Source: Spirochaetota bacterium
GTDB lineage: Bacteria; Spirochaetota; UBA4802; JAFGDQ01
NCBI GenBank assembly: GCA_043803405.1
Contig: JAZDKB010000019.1
Coordinates: 304,338-368,337, forward strand
Direction of reading: 5' to 3'
Length of the DNA: 64,000 nucleotides
This document shows positions 10,427 through 19,538 of this stretch, in pieces. Below the pieces are notes generated by a model. It was given only the letters and a program-made list of their open reading frames with translations. It was not told where the DNA came from and searched no databases. Within the stretch, counting starts at the first letter, position 1. Every line of letters starts with the position of its first letter. The position numbers and the translations under genes were made by a program.

Positions 10427-10460
10427 AAATTCAATTGACTTTTTAAATGCCTTTTACCGA
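10427..10460 (+). promoter_or_regulatory. Promoter-like motif AAAATTCAATTGACTTTTTAAATGCCTTTTACCGA (contains the -35-like TTGACT), 70 bp upstream of the acyl-CoA dehydrogenase gene. A near-identical copy is at 36195-36228.
   Basis: 30 of 33 nt are identical between the two loci. Both sit upstream of + strand genes. Confidence 0.5.
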
Positions 10461-10530
10461 AGCTAGTATTTATCGTCCTCCATGCTAATTGATGGAGAAT
10501 TATATATAATTAATAAGAGAGGGAATAATA

Positions 10531-11688
10531 ATGGATTTTTCATTAACAGAAGAACAACAAATGCTGCAAGACATGGCGCGTAAATTCGCAAAAAACGAAA
10601 TCGCTCCATTTGTCGAAGAGGATGAAGAGAATCATTTCTATCGCAGGGAAATCCTTACCAAGATGGGGGAACTTGGACTATTGGGATTCAACATTCCTGA
10701 AGAATACGGCGGAAACGGAATGGGATGGATGGAAGGAGTTATAGCCCTTTACGAAATCTCCAAAGTTCACACATCATGGAGACTCAGTGTCAGCGGCAAT
10801 ACATGGGGACCGGCTCTCACCATTAATCAGTATGGCACCAAAGAGCAGAAAGAAAAATATATTCCAAAACTAGTAAGCGGCGAAGCAGTTGGAAGTTTTG
10901 CAATTACCGAAGCCGACACTGGTTCAGACGTTGCCAGCATGAAGACTTTCGCAGAAGATAAAGGCGACCACTTTGTAATAAACGGCTCCAAAATGTGGAT
11001 ATCCGGCGGTCACACATGCGATTACGGACTGCTTTATGCTGTAACAACAAAAGGCGCTGGAGTTAAAGGTTTATCCGCTTTTGTAATTGATTACAACAAT
11101 ACTAAGGGCATTACTAGGATTCCGATCACTAAAAAAGTAGGCATGTGGCCGGCTCCAACTTCAGAATTAGTTTTTGAAAATGCCATAGTTCCCAAAGAAA
11201 ACCTATTGGGACCCCTGAACCAGGGTTTCTTTGTATGCATGTGGCAGTTAAACAACACCCGTATGGGCTGCGCAACCGGCGGAGCCTCACTCTCAGCAGC
11301 AGCTCTTGAAGGCGCGGTTCAGTACGCAAACGATCGTAAGCAATTCGGTCAGCCTATTGGCAAATTCCAGATGGTTCAGGCACAGATAGCTGAAATGAAA
11401 CTGGAAGATGAAGCAGCTAAATTCATGCTTTATCACGCAGCATGGCTGAAAGATAATAAACTGCCGAGCCAGCAGGCCACTTCGATGTCAAAGCTGTTCA
11501 GTTGCCAGGCCGCTGTTCATGGTGCCAATCTGGCCATGAAGATTTACGGTTCTTACGGCTATTCAACTGAATATCCCTGCGGAAGATGGCTGCGCGATGC
11601 AAAACAGTTTGAAACCCTTGAAGGGACATCAAACATCCATATGGGAATTGTTGCTAATATTGAACTTGGATTTCAGCCTAATCGTTAG
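10531..11688 (+). CDS. Acyl-CoA dehydrogenase
   Basis: MDFSLTEEQQMLQDMARKFAKNEIAP...GFNIPEEYGG... A typical ACAD, 385 aa. Confidence 0.9.
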   Translation: MDFSLTEEQQMLQDMARKFAKNEIAPFVEEDEENHFYRREILTKMGELGLLGFNIPEEYGGNGMGWMEGVIALYEISKVHTSWRLSVSGNTWGPALTINQYGTKEQKEKYIPKLVSGEAVGSFAITEADTGSDVASMKTFAEDKGDHFVINGSKMWISGGHTCDYGLLYAVTTKGAGVKGLSAFVIDYNNTKGITRIPITKKVGMWPAPTSELVFENAIVPKENLLGPLNQGFFVCMWQLNNTRMGCATGGASLSAAALEGAVQYANDRKQFGQPIGKFQMVQAQIAEMKLEDEAAKFMLYHAAWLKDNKLPSQQATSMSKLFSCQAAVHGANLAMKIYGSYGYSTEYPCGRWLRDAKQFETLEGTSNIHMGIVANIELGFQPNR

Positions 11689-11763
11689 TATAAGCAGTCT
11701 TTATGCTGCGTTTTTATAATTCAGCATATTGCAATATAATCAGGTAAGTTTTTGCTTCGGATA

Positions 11764-11796
11764 CCCCGACAATGCTGTCGGGGTATTTTGTTTTTT
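11764..11796 (+). terminator. Rho-independent terminator: CCCCGACA-atgc-TGTCGGGG followed by TATTTTGTTTTTT
   Basis: A perfect 8-bp GC-rich stem plus a U-tract immediately after the acyl-CoA dehydrogenase stop. Confidence 0.8.
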
Positions 11797-11851
11797 ATGC
11801 ATGATATGCTTTTTTTACTTGCTGATTTTTCCACAAAGTCAATGTTATGCT

Positions 11852-12853
11852 ATGCTGCCTGCTTCTTTCCCATATTGTTTTGCGCCAATGGATAATCTGA
11901 GCAACCCTGTGCTCAGAAATTTGATTGCCGCTACACTGCCGACCGGAACGCAGATGGCCTTTTTTAGCCCTGCAATTAATCCCAATTCAGTCCTGAGCAA
12001 AAGACCCAATTTGAAAGAAAATCTGCCGATTAATCCGGGTGAAATTCTATATTACAACATGATGCACGGCGACCCGGATATTATACTTGCCGGAATGGAA
12101 AAAATGCTCGAGCTAAATCCCGCTGGATTTAACCTGAACTGCGGCTGTCCAAGGTCAAAAATCCAGAAAAAAGGGAAGTGTCCCATAGGCGTTGCACTGA
12201 TGGATCATCCTGCGCAGGTCGCAGCTATTGTAAAGGCAGCGAAAAAGACATTCCCGTCTGTTCATTTCAGCATCAAGATCAGGGCCGGCGTGCGGCACAA
12301 CCTGCCGGCGCTCTATGACTTTTGCAGGCAGGCTGAAGATGCCGGATGCGACGCAATTATTTTTCATGCCCGTTCCGCTGAAGACCAGTTCAAAAGGCCT
12401 GCACGGCACACCATGTTCGGCGAGTTGAAGCAGCGTCTGGGCGTTCCGCTGATAGGTAACGGAGATATTATTACGGATGAACAGGCTGTTGCTGTGAAAG
12501 AGAAATACGGGCTTGATGGCGTAATGATAGGCAGGGGCGCTCTGCTTACTCCAGGCATATTCCGGGCAATTGCATACAGGCTGGCCGGAAAACCGCTTAG
12601 CCATCCTGTCATGTCGTGGACAGAAAAAAGGGATTTCCTGATGTGGTTTGTTCAGGCTACGGAAATTAAATTCGGAACAGCCGTTATGCTTCGCAGAACC
12701 AGGCTGTTTGCCCGCTGGCTGTGTCAGGGCCTGGAATCCGGGCTAGCGCTTGACGGCAATCTCCACAAAGCAAAAACTTTGGAAGATACGCTTGCAACAA
12801 TTAATAAATTTTTTGAAAAGCCCAGAAGGCAGTACACAGATGTGATTTTATAA
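11852..12853 (+). CDS. dus: tRNA-dihydrouridine synthase (Dus family). The start is reassigned to 11852 (MLPASF...) because the track start at 11729 lies upstream of the terminator.
   Basis: Dus motifs LNCGCP (catalytic Cys), IKIRAG, GNGDI. The terminator at 11764-11796 sits inside the track's 5' extension. Confidence 0.75.
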   Translation: MLPASFPYCFAPMDNLSNPVLRNLIAATLPTGTQMAFFSPAINPNSVLSKRPNLKENLPINPGEILYYNMMHGDPDIILAGMEKMLELNPAGFNLNCGCPRSKIQKKGKCPIGVALMDHPAQVAAIVKAAKKTFPSVHFSIKIRAGVRHNLPALYDFCRQAEDAGCDAIIFHARSAEDQFKRPARHTMFGELKQRLGVPLIGNGDIITDEQAVAVKEKYGLDGVMIGRGALLTPGIFRAIAYRLAGKPLSHPVMSWTEKRDFLMWFVQATEIKFGTAVMLRRTRLFARWLCQGLESGLALDGNLHKAKTLEDTLATINKFFEKPRRQYTDVIL

Positions 12854-12998
12854 TCCTTCCATAATTATTTTTCAGCAGGATTGTTTTTTTGCTATAATAA
12901 AAATATTAATCTGTGCATTCTTTCCGGACATTGCATGCAGAACTTCATCAAAATATATAATATACTTATTCAATTTGACTGATTTTTTTTACTTTCAA

Positions 12999-13112
12999 GA
13001 TAAATGTCATAGTAATTATCAATTTTAAGGCGGCAGGATGCCGCCGCTAGCCGCTTCTTACAGGATGTATGCATTAGCGGCGAGAAAATTGATGATTACT
13101 ATGACATTTATC
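12999..13112. repeat. 114-bp element with 28-bp AT-rich inverted-repeat arms (GATAAATGTCATAGTAATTATCAATTTT / AAAATTGATGATTACTATGACATTTATC). The arms flank a GC-rich core with mutually exclusive hairpins (GGCGGC-aggat-GCCGCC versus CGCCGCTAG...TTAGCGGCG).
   Basis: Read directly. It begins at the -10 of a TTGACT-N17-GATAAA promoter-like site (12975-13004) and ends 41 bp before the kinase gene start. Confidence 0.7.
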
Positions 13113-13153
13113 CATAAGTTAACTTTAATATTACATAAAAAAAGTCAGCCAAG

Positions 13154-14191
13154 ATGAGTTATTTAATAATAATATTCGATAATATTAATATGTTTGCCGA
13201 CTATCAAATACATAATTTCATAAAAAGTTCAACCGGCGAATCCTATGAGGTCTCAAAGCTAAAGGGAGACGCGTCTGCCAGAGAATATTACAGGATCAAT
13301 TCCGGCAATAAAAGTTATATGCTCTGCATAGATAATAATTTGAAGGGAATTACCCCGGAACAATACGCGTTCTGCATTGTGCATAATTTATTAAGGAAGA
13401 ACGGGATTCCTGTCCCGGATATTTACTCTATTGATGAAAAAGCAGGATTGCTTCTCATCCAGGACCTGGGTGATTCTCTCATTGAGCAGAACTTTGAGAG
13501 CATGAGCAAAAGCGAACGCGCCGGGTTATACGGCGATCTTATCGACACAGTTGCAAAAATTCAATTCATTAGCGGCGATGAAAAAACTGTTCCATTCAGT
13601 TTGTCTTTCGACGTTCCAAAGCTAATGTACGAGTTTAATTTTTTTATTGATAACGCCCTTATCGGTTATTTTAAATCCGGTATATCGGGTGATCTTCTTG
13701 AAGAGCTTCGCAGCGAATTTAATAAGATATCCGTGATCCTGTATAAGCCCGAACTTTTTGTTCTGAATCACAGGGATCTTCATAGCAGAAATATAATGAT
13801 ACGCGACAGCAAACCATACCTGATTGACTTTCAGGACGCGAGGATGGGACTGCCGCAGTATGATGTGGTTTCTCTTTTGCGCGATTCATACCTGCGGATT
13901 GAAGACGGCCTTGTCGACAGTCTTAAAAAAAAGCATTTTAATATCCTGAAAGCGAGAGGTTACAGCCGTATGGAGTACGACGAATACGAATATTATTTTG
14001 ATATCATGGCCTTTCAGAGAAATGTAAAGGCACTCGGAACCTTCGGTTACCAGGTTACAACATTGGGAAAGAATCTTTATCAAAGATATATTATGCCAAC
14101 TATGGCGTATTTGAAGGATTATATTAAAAGAAGAAGCGACCTATCCGGGGCCGCAGGAATTCTAAAAAGATTTATAGAGGTGGACTGGTGA
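13154..14191 (+). CDS. APH-fold (aminoglycoside phosphotransferase-like) small-molecule kinase. Candidates are an anomeric MurNAc/GlcNAc kinase of AmgK type or a LicA-like kinase.
   Basis: KLKGDASAREYYRI nucleotide-binding region. HRDLHSRNIMI catalytic loop (Brenner motif). IDFQDA metal-binding motif. Confidence 0.55.
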   Translation: MSYLIIIFDNINMFADYQIHNFIKSSTGESYEVSKLKGDASAREYYRINSGNKSYMLCIDNNLKGITPEQYAFCIVHNLLRKNGIPVPDIYSIDEKAGLLLIQDLGDSLIEQNFESMSKSERAGLYGDLIDTVAKIQFISGDEKTVPFSLSFDVPKLMYEFNFFIDNALIGYFKSGISGDLLEELRSEFNKISVILYKPELFVLNHRDLHSRNIMIRDSKPYLIDFQDARMGLPQYDVVSLLRDSYLRIEDGLVDSLKKKHFNILKARGYSRMEYDEYEYYFDIMAFQRNVKALGTFGYQVTTLGKNLYQRYIMPTMAYLKDYIKRRSDLSGAAGILKRFIEVDW

Positions 14192-15120
14192 AGGGTTTTA
14201 TTTTCGCGGCAGGCTTTGGGGAAAGGCTGCGGCCTCTTACAAACGAGATGCCAAAGTCACTTCTTCCTGTTCTAAATCTGCCGTCCATCTGCTATGCTGT
14301 TTTCCTTCTAAAGGAAGCCGGTATTGATCAGATAATATGCAATCTTCATTACAGGTATCAGGATATAATTTATTTTTTCAGATTAAATAATAATTTTGGC
14401 CTTGATATTAAATTTTCCATAGAAGAGACGATACTTGGAACCGGCGGCGGTCTGAAGAAATGCGCGGATATGATAGGAGATTCGGATGTTCTGCTTTTAA
14501 ACAGCGATGTTATTATTGATCTTGATCTGATATCGCTGATTATCTGCCACAGGGAGAATAAGTCGCCCGCTACTCTTGTTTTAAAAAAAACTGATGAAGC
14601 GCAGATCATTGGTCCGGTTAGCGTTGACAGGAACAGAATTACAGATTTTAAAAACTTTCTGGGGACAAATAGAATTTCCGAATATATATATACAGGGGCT
14701 GGAATTGTATCGCCTGTTATATTTGATTACCTTGTCAGCGACTTTTCCAGCGTAGTGTACACAGGTTACGTTGAGTTGATAAAGAAGCACTTTATAAGCT
14801 TTTATGAACACACGGGATACTGGCAGGATATCGGGACAATTGACTCGTACTGGAAAGCCAATATTGATCTGATGAATAAATTCGGGAGCCTTGAGCAAAG
14901 AATGTTGCCTGTGCTCGGCATAGGCCCGAGTATTGTATTTCCTGACCGGGAAATAAAGAATGAAATAAACATCAGGGATTCTGTGATAGGGAAGGGCGCA
15001 ACAATCGGGGACGGAGCTGTTATTGAGACATCGGTTTTGCTGCCAGGTTCGGTAGTAAAAAAGGGCGCATTGATCAGGGATTCGGTTGTTTTCAGGGATC
15101 GGATTTTCAAAGTAAAATAA
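14188..15120 (+). CDS. Sugar-1-phosphate nucleotidyltransferase (MurU-like or LicC-like) with a short C-terminal left-handed beta-helix region. Its start overlaps the kinase stop (ATGA).
   Basis: MKGFIFAAGFGERLRPLTNEMPKSLLPV NTP-transferase motif. The C-terminus has hexapeptide-like repeats (IGKGATIGDGAVIE). Confidence 0.6.
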   Translation: MKGFIFAAGFGERLRPLTNEMPKSLLPVLNLPSICYAVFLLKEAGIDQIICNLHYRYQDIIYFFRLNNNFGLDIKFSIEETILGTGGGLKKCADMIGDSDVLLLNSDVIIDLDLISLIICHRENKSPATLVLKKTDEAQIIGPVSVDRNRITDFKNFLGTNRISEYIYTGAGIVSPVIFDYLVSDFSSVVYTGYVELIKKHFISFYEHTGYWQDIGTIDSYWKANIDLMNKFGSLEQRMLPVLGIGPSIVFPDREIKNEINIRDSVIGKGATIGDGAVIETSVLLPGSVVKKGALIRDSVVFRDRIFKVK

Positions 15121-15285
15121 GCTTATTATGCAAATAGCATGATCCTTCATGCACAGTTCTGCTTTAACGTGGTAAGGTGACAGGAAAGCTAATTGCAATG
15201 GGGAAGAATCCCCAGGCTCTACGTGTCAGCAAAGGAAACCATTAATTTACACCAATAAACACGTCAAAAATCAACCGGTGAATAT

Positions 15286-16722
15286 ATGAACATAGATATC
15301 GCAATATTGTTTATTTATCTTATTGCAATAAACCTTATTGGAATTAAGTTTTCCGGGTTTAAAAACATAAACGAGTATTTTCTGGGAGGTAAATCGATAC
15401 CGTGGATATTGATCTGTATATCGATAGTTGCTACTGAAACCAGTTCGCTTACATTTATATCTATACCAGGGGTTTCGTATACAACAGACATGGGTTTTCT
15501 GCAGGTAGCATTCGGGCTATTAATCGGCAGAATACTTGTTGCCGTTATTCTGATCCCGAAGTATTTCGAAGGTAATTTTGAGACAGTATACCAGTTTATC
15601 CAGGCCAGGTTCGGTATATCATCCAGAAAAGTAATTGCAATTGTGTTCCATGTGACCAGGCTTTTAGCAGACAGCACCCGGCTTTTTGTTACTGCTATAC
15701 CCCTTACTCTTTTAATCGGCTGGGATTACAAGCTGTCAATATGCGTAATCGGTATTGCCACGTTTATTTATACATATTACGGCGGGCTGAAGGCAATAGT
15801 AGTTACGGATGCTGTTCAGTTTTTCCTGTATATCGTTTGTGTATTTATCGGTATTTATGTTATCTCCGATGTGCTGTCACTGTCTGTGCTTTCTGTTTTT
15901 GCGAAAATACCGGATAACAGTCTAAGCATTTTCCATTCCGGTTTGCAAAACGGTTTTTCTAGCCTGTTCGGGTCATATAATATCGTATCCGGCATCATCG
16001 GAGGCGCCTTCTTTTCTTTCGCATCGCACGGCACAGATCACCTGATAGTGCAAAGGATATTATCATGCAGGGATTTGGGGTCTGCAAAGAAAGCAATGAT
16101 CACAAGCGGTATAATAATTATCGTACAATTTGCTCTTTTCCTTTTACTTGGCCTTTTTATAAAAGTGCTAATGGCAGATAAGCACTTTGACAAGTCCGAT
16201 ATGATAGTTCCGTATTTTATTATTAATTACCTGCCCGCAGGTTTTAAGGGTATAATGCTTGCCGGCATATTTGCCGCCGCCATGTCTACTCTCAGTTCCT
16301 CAATAAATTCCCTTTCTTCATCTACATCTGCGGATCTTTTAGGTTTAAGTAAAAAAGATATTTCGGATGCTGAAAAAGTGAAAATATCGAGGCTTATTTC
16401 ACTAATATGGACAATCGTGATAATTGCAATTTCCATATTGTTTAATTATTCCAGCAAACCTCTGGTTGTAGTGGCGCTTTCCATTGCTTCCGTGACGTAC
16501 GGCGGCATGATGGGAATATTTCTGCTGGGCAGATTCTTTGCGGGCTTCTCGGAGTGGGCTGCGATAGCAGGAATGCTCACAAGTATCTTTGCTAATCTTT
16601 TCATTTTGTTTGCAACGGATATATTCTGGCTTTGGTATGTCACGATCGGCTTTGCAATTTCATTCGGCTCCGGATTCCTTTTCAGCAGGATTATCAATAT
16701 CAGGAAAAATTCATGTATTTGA
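15286..16722 (+). CDS. Sodium:solute symporter family (SSF) transporter
   Basis: 478 aa and about 13 TM helices. GGKSIPWILICISIVATETSSLTFISIPG is a typical SSF N-terminus. Confidence 0.7.
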   Translation: MNIDIAILFIYLIAINLIGIKFSGFKNINEYFLGGKSIPWILICISIVATETSSLTFISIPGVSYTTDMGFLQVAFGLLIGRILVAVILIPKYFEGNFETVYQFIQARFGISSRKVIAIVFHVTRLLADSTRLFVTAIPLTLLIGWDYKLSICVIGIATFIYTYYGGLKAIVVTDAVQFFLYIVCVFIGIYVISDVLSLSVLSVFAKIPDNSLSIFHSGLQNGFSSLFGSYNIVSGIIGGAFFSFASHGTDHLIVQRILSCRDLGSAKKAMITSGIIIIVQFALFLLLGLFIKVLMADKHFDKSDMIVPYFIINYLPAGFKGIMLAGIFAAAMSTLSSSINSLSSSTSADLLGLSKKDISDAEKVKISRLISLIWTIVIIAISILFNYSSKPLVVVALSIASVTYGGMMGIFLLGRFFAGFSEWAAIAGMLTSIFANLFILFATDIFWLWYVTIGFAISFGSGFLFSRIINIRKNSCI

Positions 16723-16897
16723 TTTTCCGGGATTTATGAAACGAAATAATCACTCAACGCTGGCCGGAATATCCTGCTGAAAATTTTTTAATAAAGTGTT
16801 ATTAATAAATTCACAATTACTCGATAATAAATATGAGGATACTCTCTAGGATATCCTTACCTTTATTTATTAATAAAAAAATTATCGAGACAATTGT

Positions 16898-17845
16898 ATG
16901 TTAATTAAGAAAACAAAAATTAGTCTTTTAGTTATTGTTGCATGCGTATTTTTATTTGTATCAAATAATATTTATTCCGCAGGCCAGGCAGATAATAAAT
17001 TATCTTCGTATATTCCATATAAACCAATAGAAATATCCGCATTAAGCCGGTACTTTGAGGACAGGATTGTTTTTCAGCATATTCAGCTTCCAGGATTTTC
17101 CTTAAATGCGGATAATTCCATCGCCAGTTTATTGGTTATAAAAAACGATGAAATATATCTTTTCCACGATGGATTTGATGATGTAAAAAAGATTTCATTC
17201 CAAAACTATTTGCGGGTAATCAATAACGATGAACCGGTAGATTTATGGGTCAATAAAATTAATTCCAGGCCGGACTATTTAAGGATTGCGAACAGAAAAG
17301 TGGAAAAACTATTAAACAGTAATGAGAATTATGCGGAAAAAAATTCCGGGGATATCTACAGAAGCATAAGGAATTCTTTCCTGCATAATCATGTTAAAAT
17401 ATTTAAAGGATTGATGATGAACAGAGTTGAGTCCGATTTTAAACTGGACAGAAAGCCTATTTTTCCGCCTGCCTTTAAAGAAATGAATGCCCCGATAAAA
17501 TTTTCCTCAGTAATTAAAGCAAAGGCACATAATGACTATCGATATTATGCTGAAGATAAAGACGGCGATGAGATTACCGAGACATTCTATGTTACAATGA
17601 ATGATAGCTTTAACTGGGGTTTTAAATCAGGGCCTAATGTTATTTTTATTTATAATAACAAGGAAGACGATATAAAGCAATTTATAGGCAAGCTGTGTTA
17701 TGAAGCATATTTCGGGACATCAGCAGAAGAAACGGAATTATCGAAGTTACTCCCGAAAGATACGGATATACTGAAAACATTCAATCTTGAAAAGCTGACA
17801 TTGCAAACGCCTCCGCCGGAAAAGCAGGCTGAGCCGAAAAAATAA
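16898..17845 (+). CDS. Hypothetical secreted protein (signal peptide)
   Basis: N-terminal hydrophobic signal, no recognisable domains. Confidence 0.4.
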   Translation: MLIKKTKISLLVIVACVFLFVSNNIYSAGQADNKLSSYIPYKPIEISALSRYFEDRIVFQHIQLPGFSLNADNSIASLLVIKNDEIYLFHDGFDDVKKISFQNYLRVINNDEPVDLWVNKINSRPDYLRIANRKVEKLLNSNENYAEKNSGDIYRSIRNSFLHNHVKIFKGLMMNRVESDFKLDRKPIFPPAFKEMNAPIKFSSVIKAKAHNDYRYYAEDKDGDEITETFYVTMNDSFNWGFKSGPNVIFIYNNKEDDIKQFIGKLCYEAYFGTSAEETELSKLLPKDTDILKTFNLEKLTLQTPPPEKQAEPKK

Positions 17846-17997
17846 AATTACAGCTTAATTCGCCGGCGAGCCGGACAATTAAGCGTATCAAAGTCCGTTC
17901 ACTTGCGGGAAGATACTGCCATTATAAATGCCGCTGCTTTTGCAAATATTGAACTGAATCGCATTCAAGTAATAATAACACCGACTCTATTATACGG

Positions 17998-18741
17998 TCA
18001 TTTTTCTTTTTTATAATATTTGGGATACAGCCGTTCCGCACATTCAGGGCAGAGGCCGTGGGAGAACTCCGCCTCCGAATGGTCTCCTATGTATATTTCC
18101 ATCACTTCCCAGTTACCCTGCTCGTCGCGTATCTTTTTACAGGAAGAACAAATCGGGAGCAGTCCGCTTAGTGCTTTAACTTGCGAAAGAGCTTCCCTGA
18201 GTTCAAGGATAAGCCTTTCCCGTTCCTCCTCTGCCAGCTTTTGCTCAATAATGTCCTGATTTGCTCCATACAACCTGACAAGAGAACCCGAATGATCATT
18301 AATAACCATTGTTCGTACAAGAATATGGCGCACATCACCATCGCGGCGGATAATACGGTGTTTTGCTAAGATAATGAATTCGGGTTCTTTTCTCGGAGCG
18401 TTTTCCTCTACAACCTTATAAAAAATATGCAGATCGTCAGGATGAATGAACCGTTTCGCGTATTCTTCCATTGTCATCCGGTATCCTCCTTCCTGAAGGG
18501 CTGTTGTGCCGTAAAAAGTATAGAAAGGATCATTGAAAATATATGTTTGTGCTGCAGGATCATATTCCCAGTATACAATATGCGCGAGTTCCATTGCATC
18601 AGACAGCCGAAGCTGACTTATCCGCAGGGCTTCTTCTGTCTGCTTACGGGTTGTTTCGCATTGTTCAAGTTCCTGAATTCTTTGTTTTAAGGCTGTTATC
18701 TCTTCAGTTGTTTCCTTTTTTATCTTTGATGGACCTTCCAT
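17998..18741 (-). CDS. PAS-domain protein with a C-terminal 4-Cys zinc-ribbon-like motif (CSSC...CPEC)
   Basis: N-terminal coiled coil, a PAS-like core, and a C-terminus LLPICSSCKKIRDEQGNWEVMEIYIGDHSEAEFSHGLCPECA. Confidence 0.55.
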   Translation of the reverse strand: MEGPSKIKKETTEEITALKQRIQELEQCETTRKQTEEALRISQLRLSDAMELAHIVYWEYDPAAQTYIFNDPFYTFYGTTALQEGGYRMTMEEYAKRFIHPDDLHIFYKVVEENAPRKEPEFIILAKHRIIRRDGDVRHILVRTMVINDHSGSLVRLYGANQDIIEQKLAEEERERLILELREALSQVKALSGLLPICSSCKKIRDEQGNWEVMEIYIGDHSEAEFSHGLCPECAERLYPKYYKKEK

Positions 18742-19181
18742 CGGGCTCTCCTTATTCCTTTAAATGTCGATGTTATGGATCAAATTATGCCTGATGCCCA
18801 CAGTTATATAGAATATCAATTATATCATCAACAGTATAATTAATCAAATGTTTAAGTATTGACATAGAATTTCTTTCATGCAAATTTTTTTAAATTTATT
18901 GTGCCGAATGTTGTTGTTGAAGAAATGCCGGGATTGCAACACTTGCGGGAATTGCTACCATCGCAGGTTTGATCTGCTATGTGCTTTTTTATCGTCTGGA
19001 CGAAAGGGCGGGTTACCGGATCGGCATGGTACCTCTGGCAACGGATGCATTCGTTGAGGCGGTTTTCCTTATTGCGATGGCGCTGACATCTTAAAAAATA
19101 AAACAGCTGGCATCTTTACGGAAATTCTATTATGCTCAGAGCATGGGCTGTATCCTGTTTAAAGTCCCGGAGCATCGGCAT

Positions 19182-19511
19182 TTACGAATGCTTCATTTTA
19201 TAAAAAAGATAATTGTAATCAGTAATTACGAATGATCCTTTTTGCAAAAGAGATATTGTAATATTCCTATCAGGGATTGCTTCTTTATTTTTAATTAAAT
19301 CAATCTGGCCGTTCTTCCATCGGCTTAATAAATCATCTTTAAGCGATTCAATATTTTTATCATTTTCTATTCCGGCAAATTTTTTTCTGCATCCATCTTC
19401 ATATTTCTCAATATTATCATAAGGATTAAATTCCAGATATATTTCATTGAGAAGATCGAAAATTCTAAATCCATCCAATGAATGCTGTTCTTTAGAATCG
19501 TCTATTAGCAT
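19182..19511 (-). CDS. Hypothetical protein
   Basis: A 109-aa ORF immediately downstream of the PqiA-like gene, with compatible codon usage. Confidence 0.35.
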   Translation of the reverse strand: MLIDDSKEQHSLDGFRIFDLLNEIYLEFNPYDNIEKYEDGCRKKFAGIENDKNIESLKDDLLSRWKNGQIDLIKNKEAIPDRNITISLLQKGSFVITDYNYLFYKMKHS

Positions 19512-19538
19512 TTGCTTTTATTAAAATTAATATCAAAT

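Noticed and set aside
11729-11851. 5' extension of the dus ORF (MQYNQVSFCFGYPDNAVG...)
   Set aside because: It contains the rho-independent terminator of the upstream gene (11764-11796). Dus homology begins at MLPASF (11852).
15121-15285. Riboswitch upstream of the symporter (GC-rich patch with a TGGGGA-agaa-TCCCCA hairpin)
   Set aside because: There is only a single short hairpin, and no multi-stem architecture matching a riboswitch class I can recognise. Too weak to call.
18742-19181. Possible tRNA or ncRNA in the GC-richer patch
   Set aside because: No acceptor-stem/CCA-compatible cloverleaf could be drawn. The T-loop-like GCAGGTTTGATCTGC is isolated. Treated instead as a possible gene remnant (see findings).
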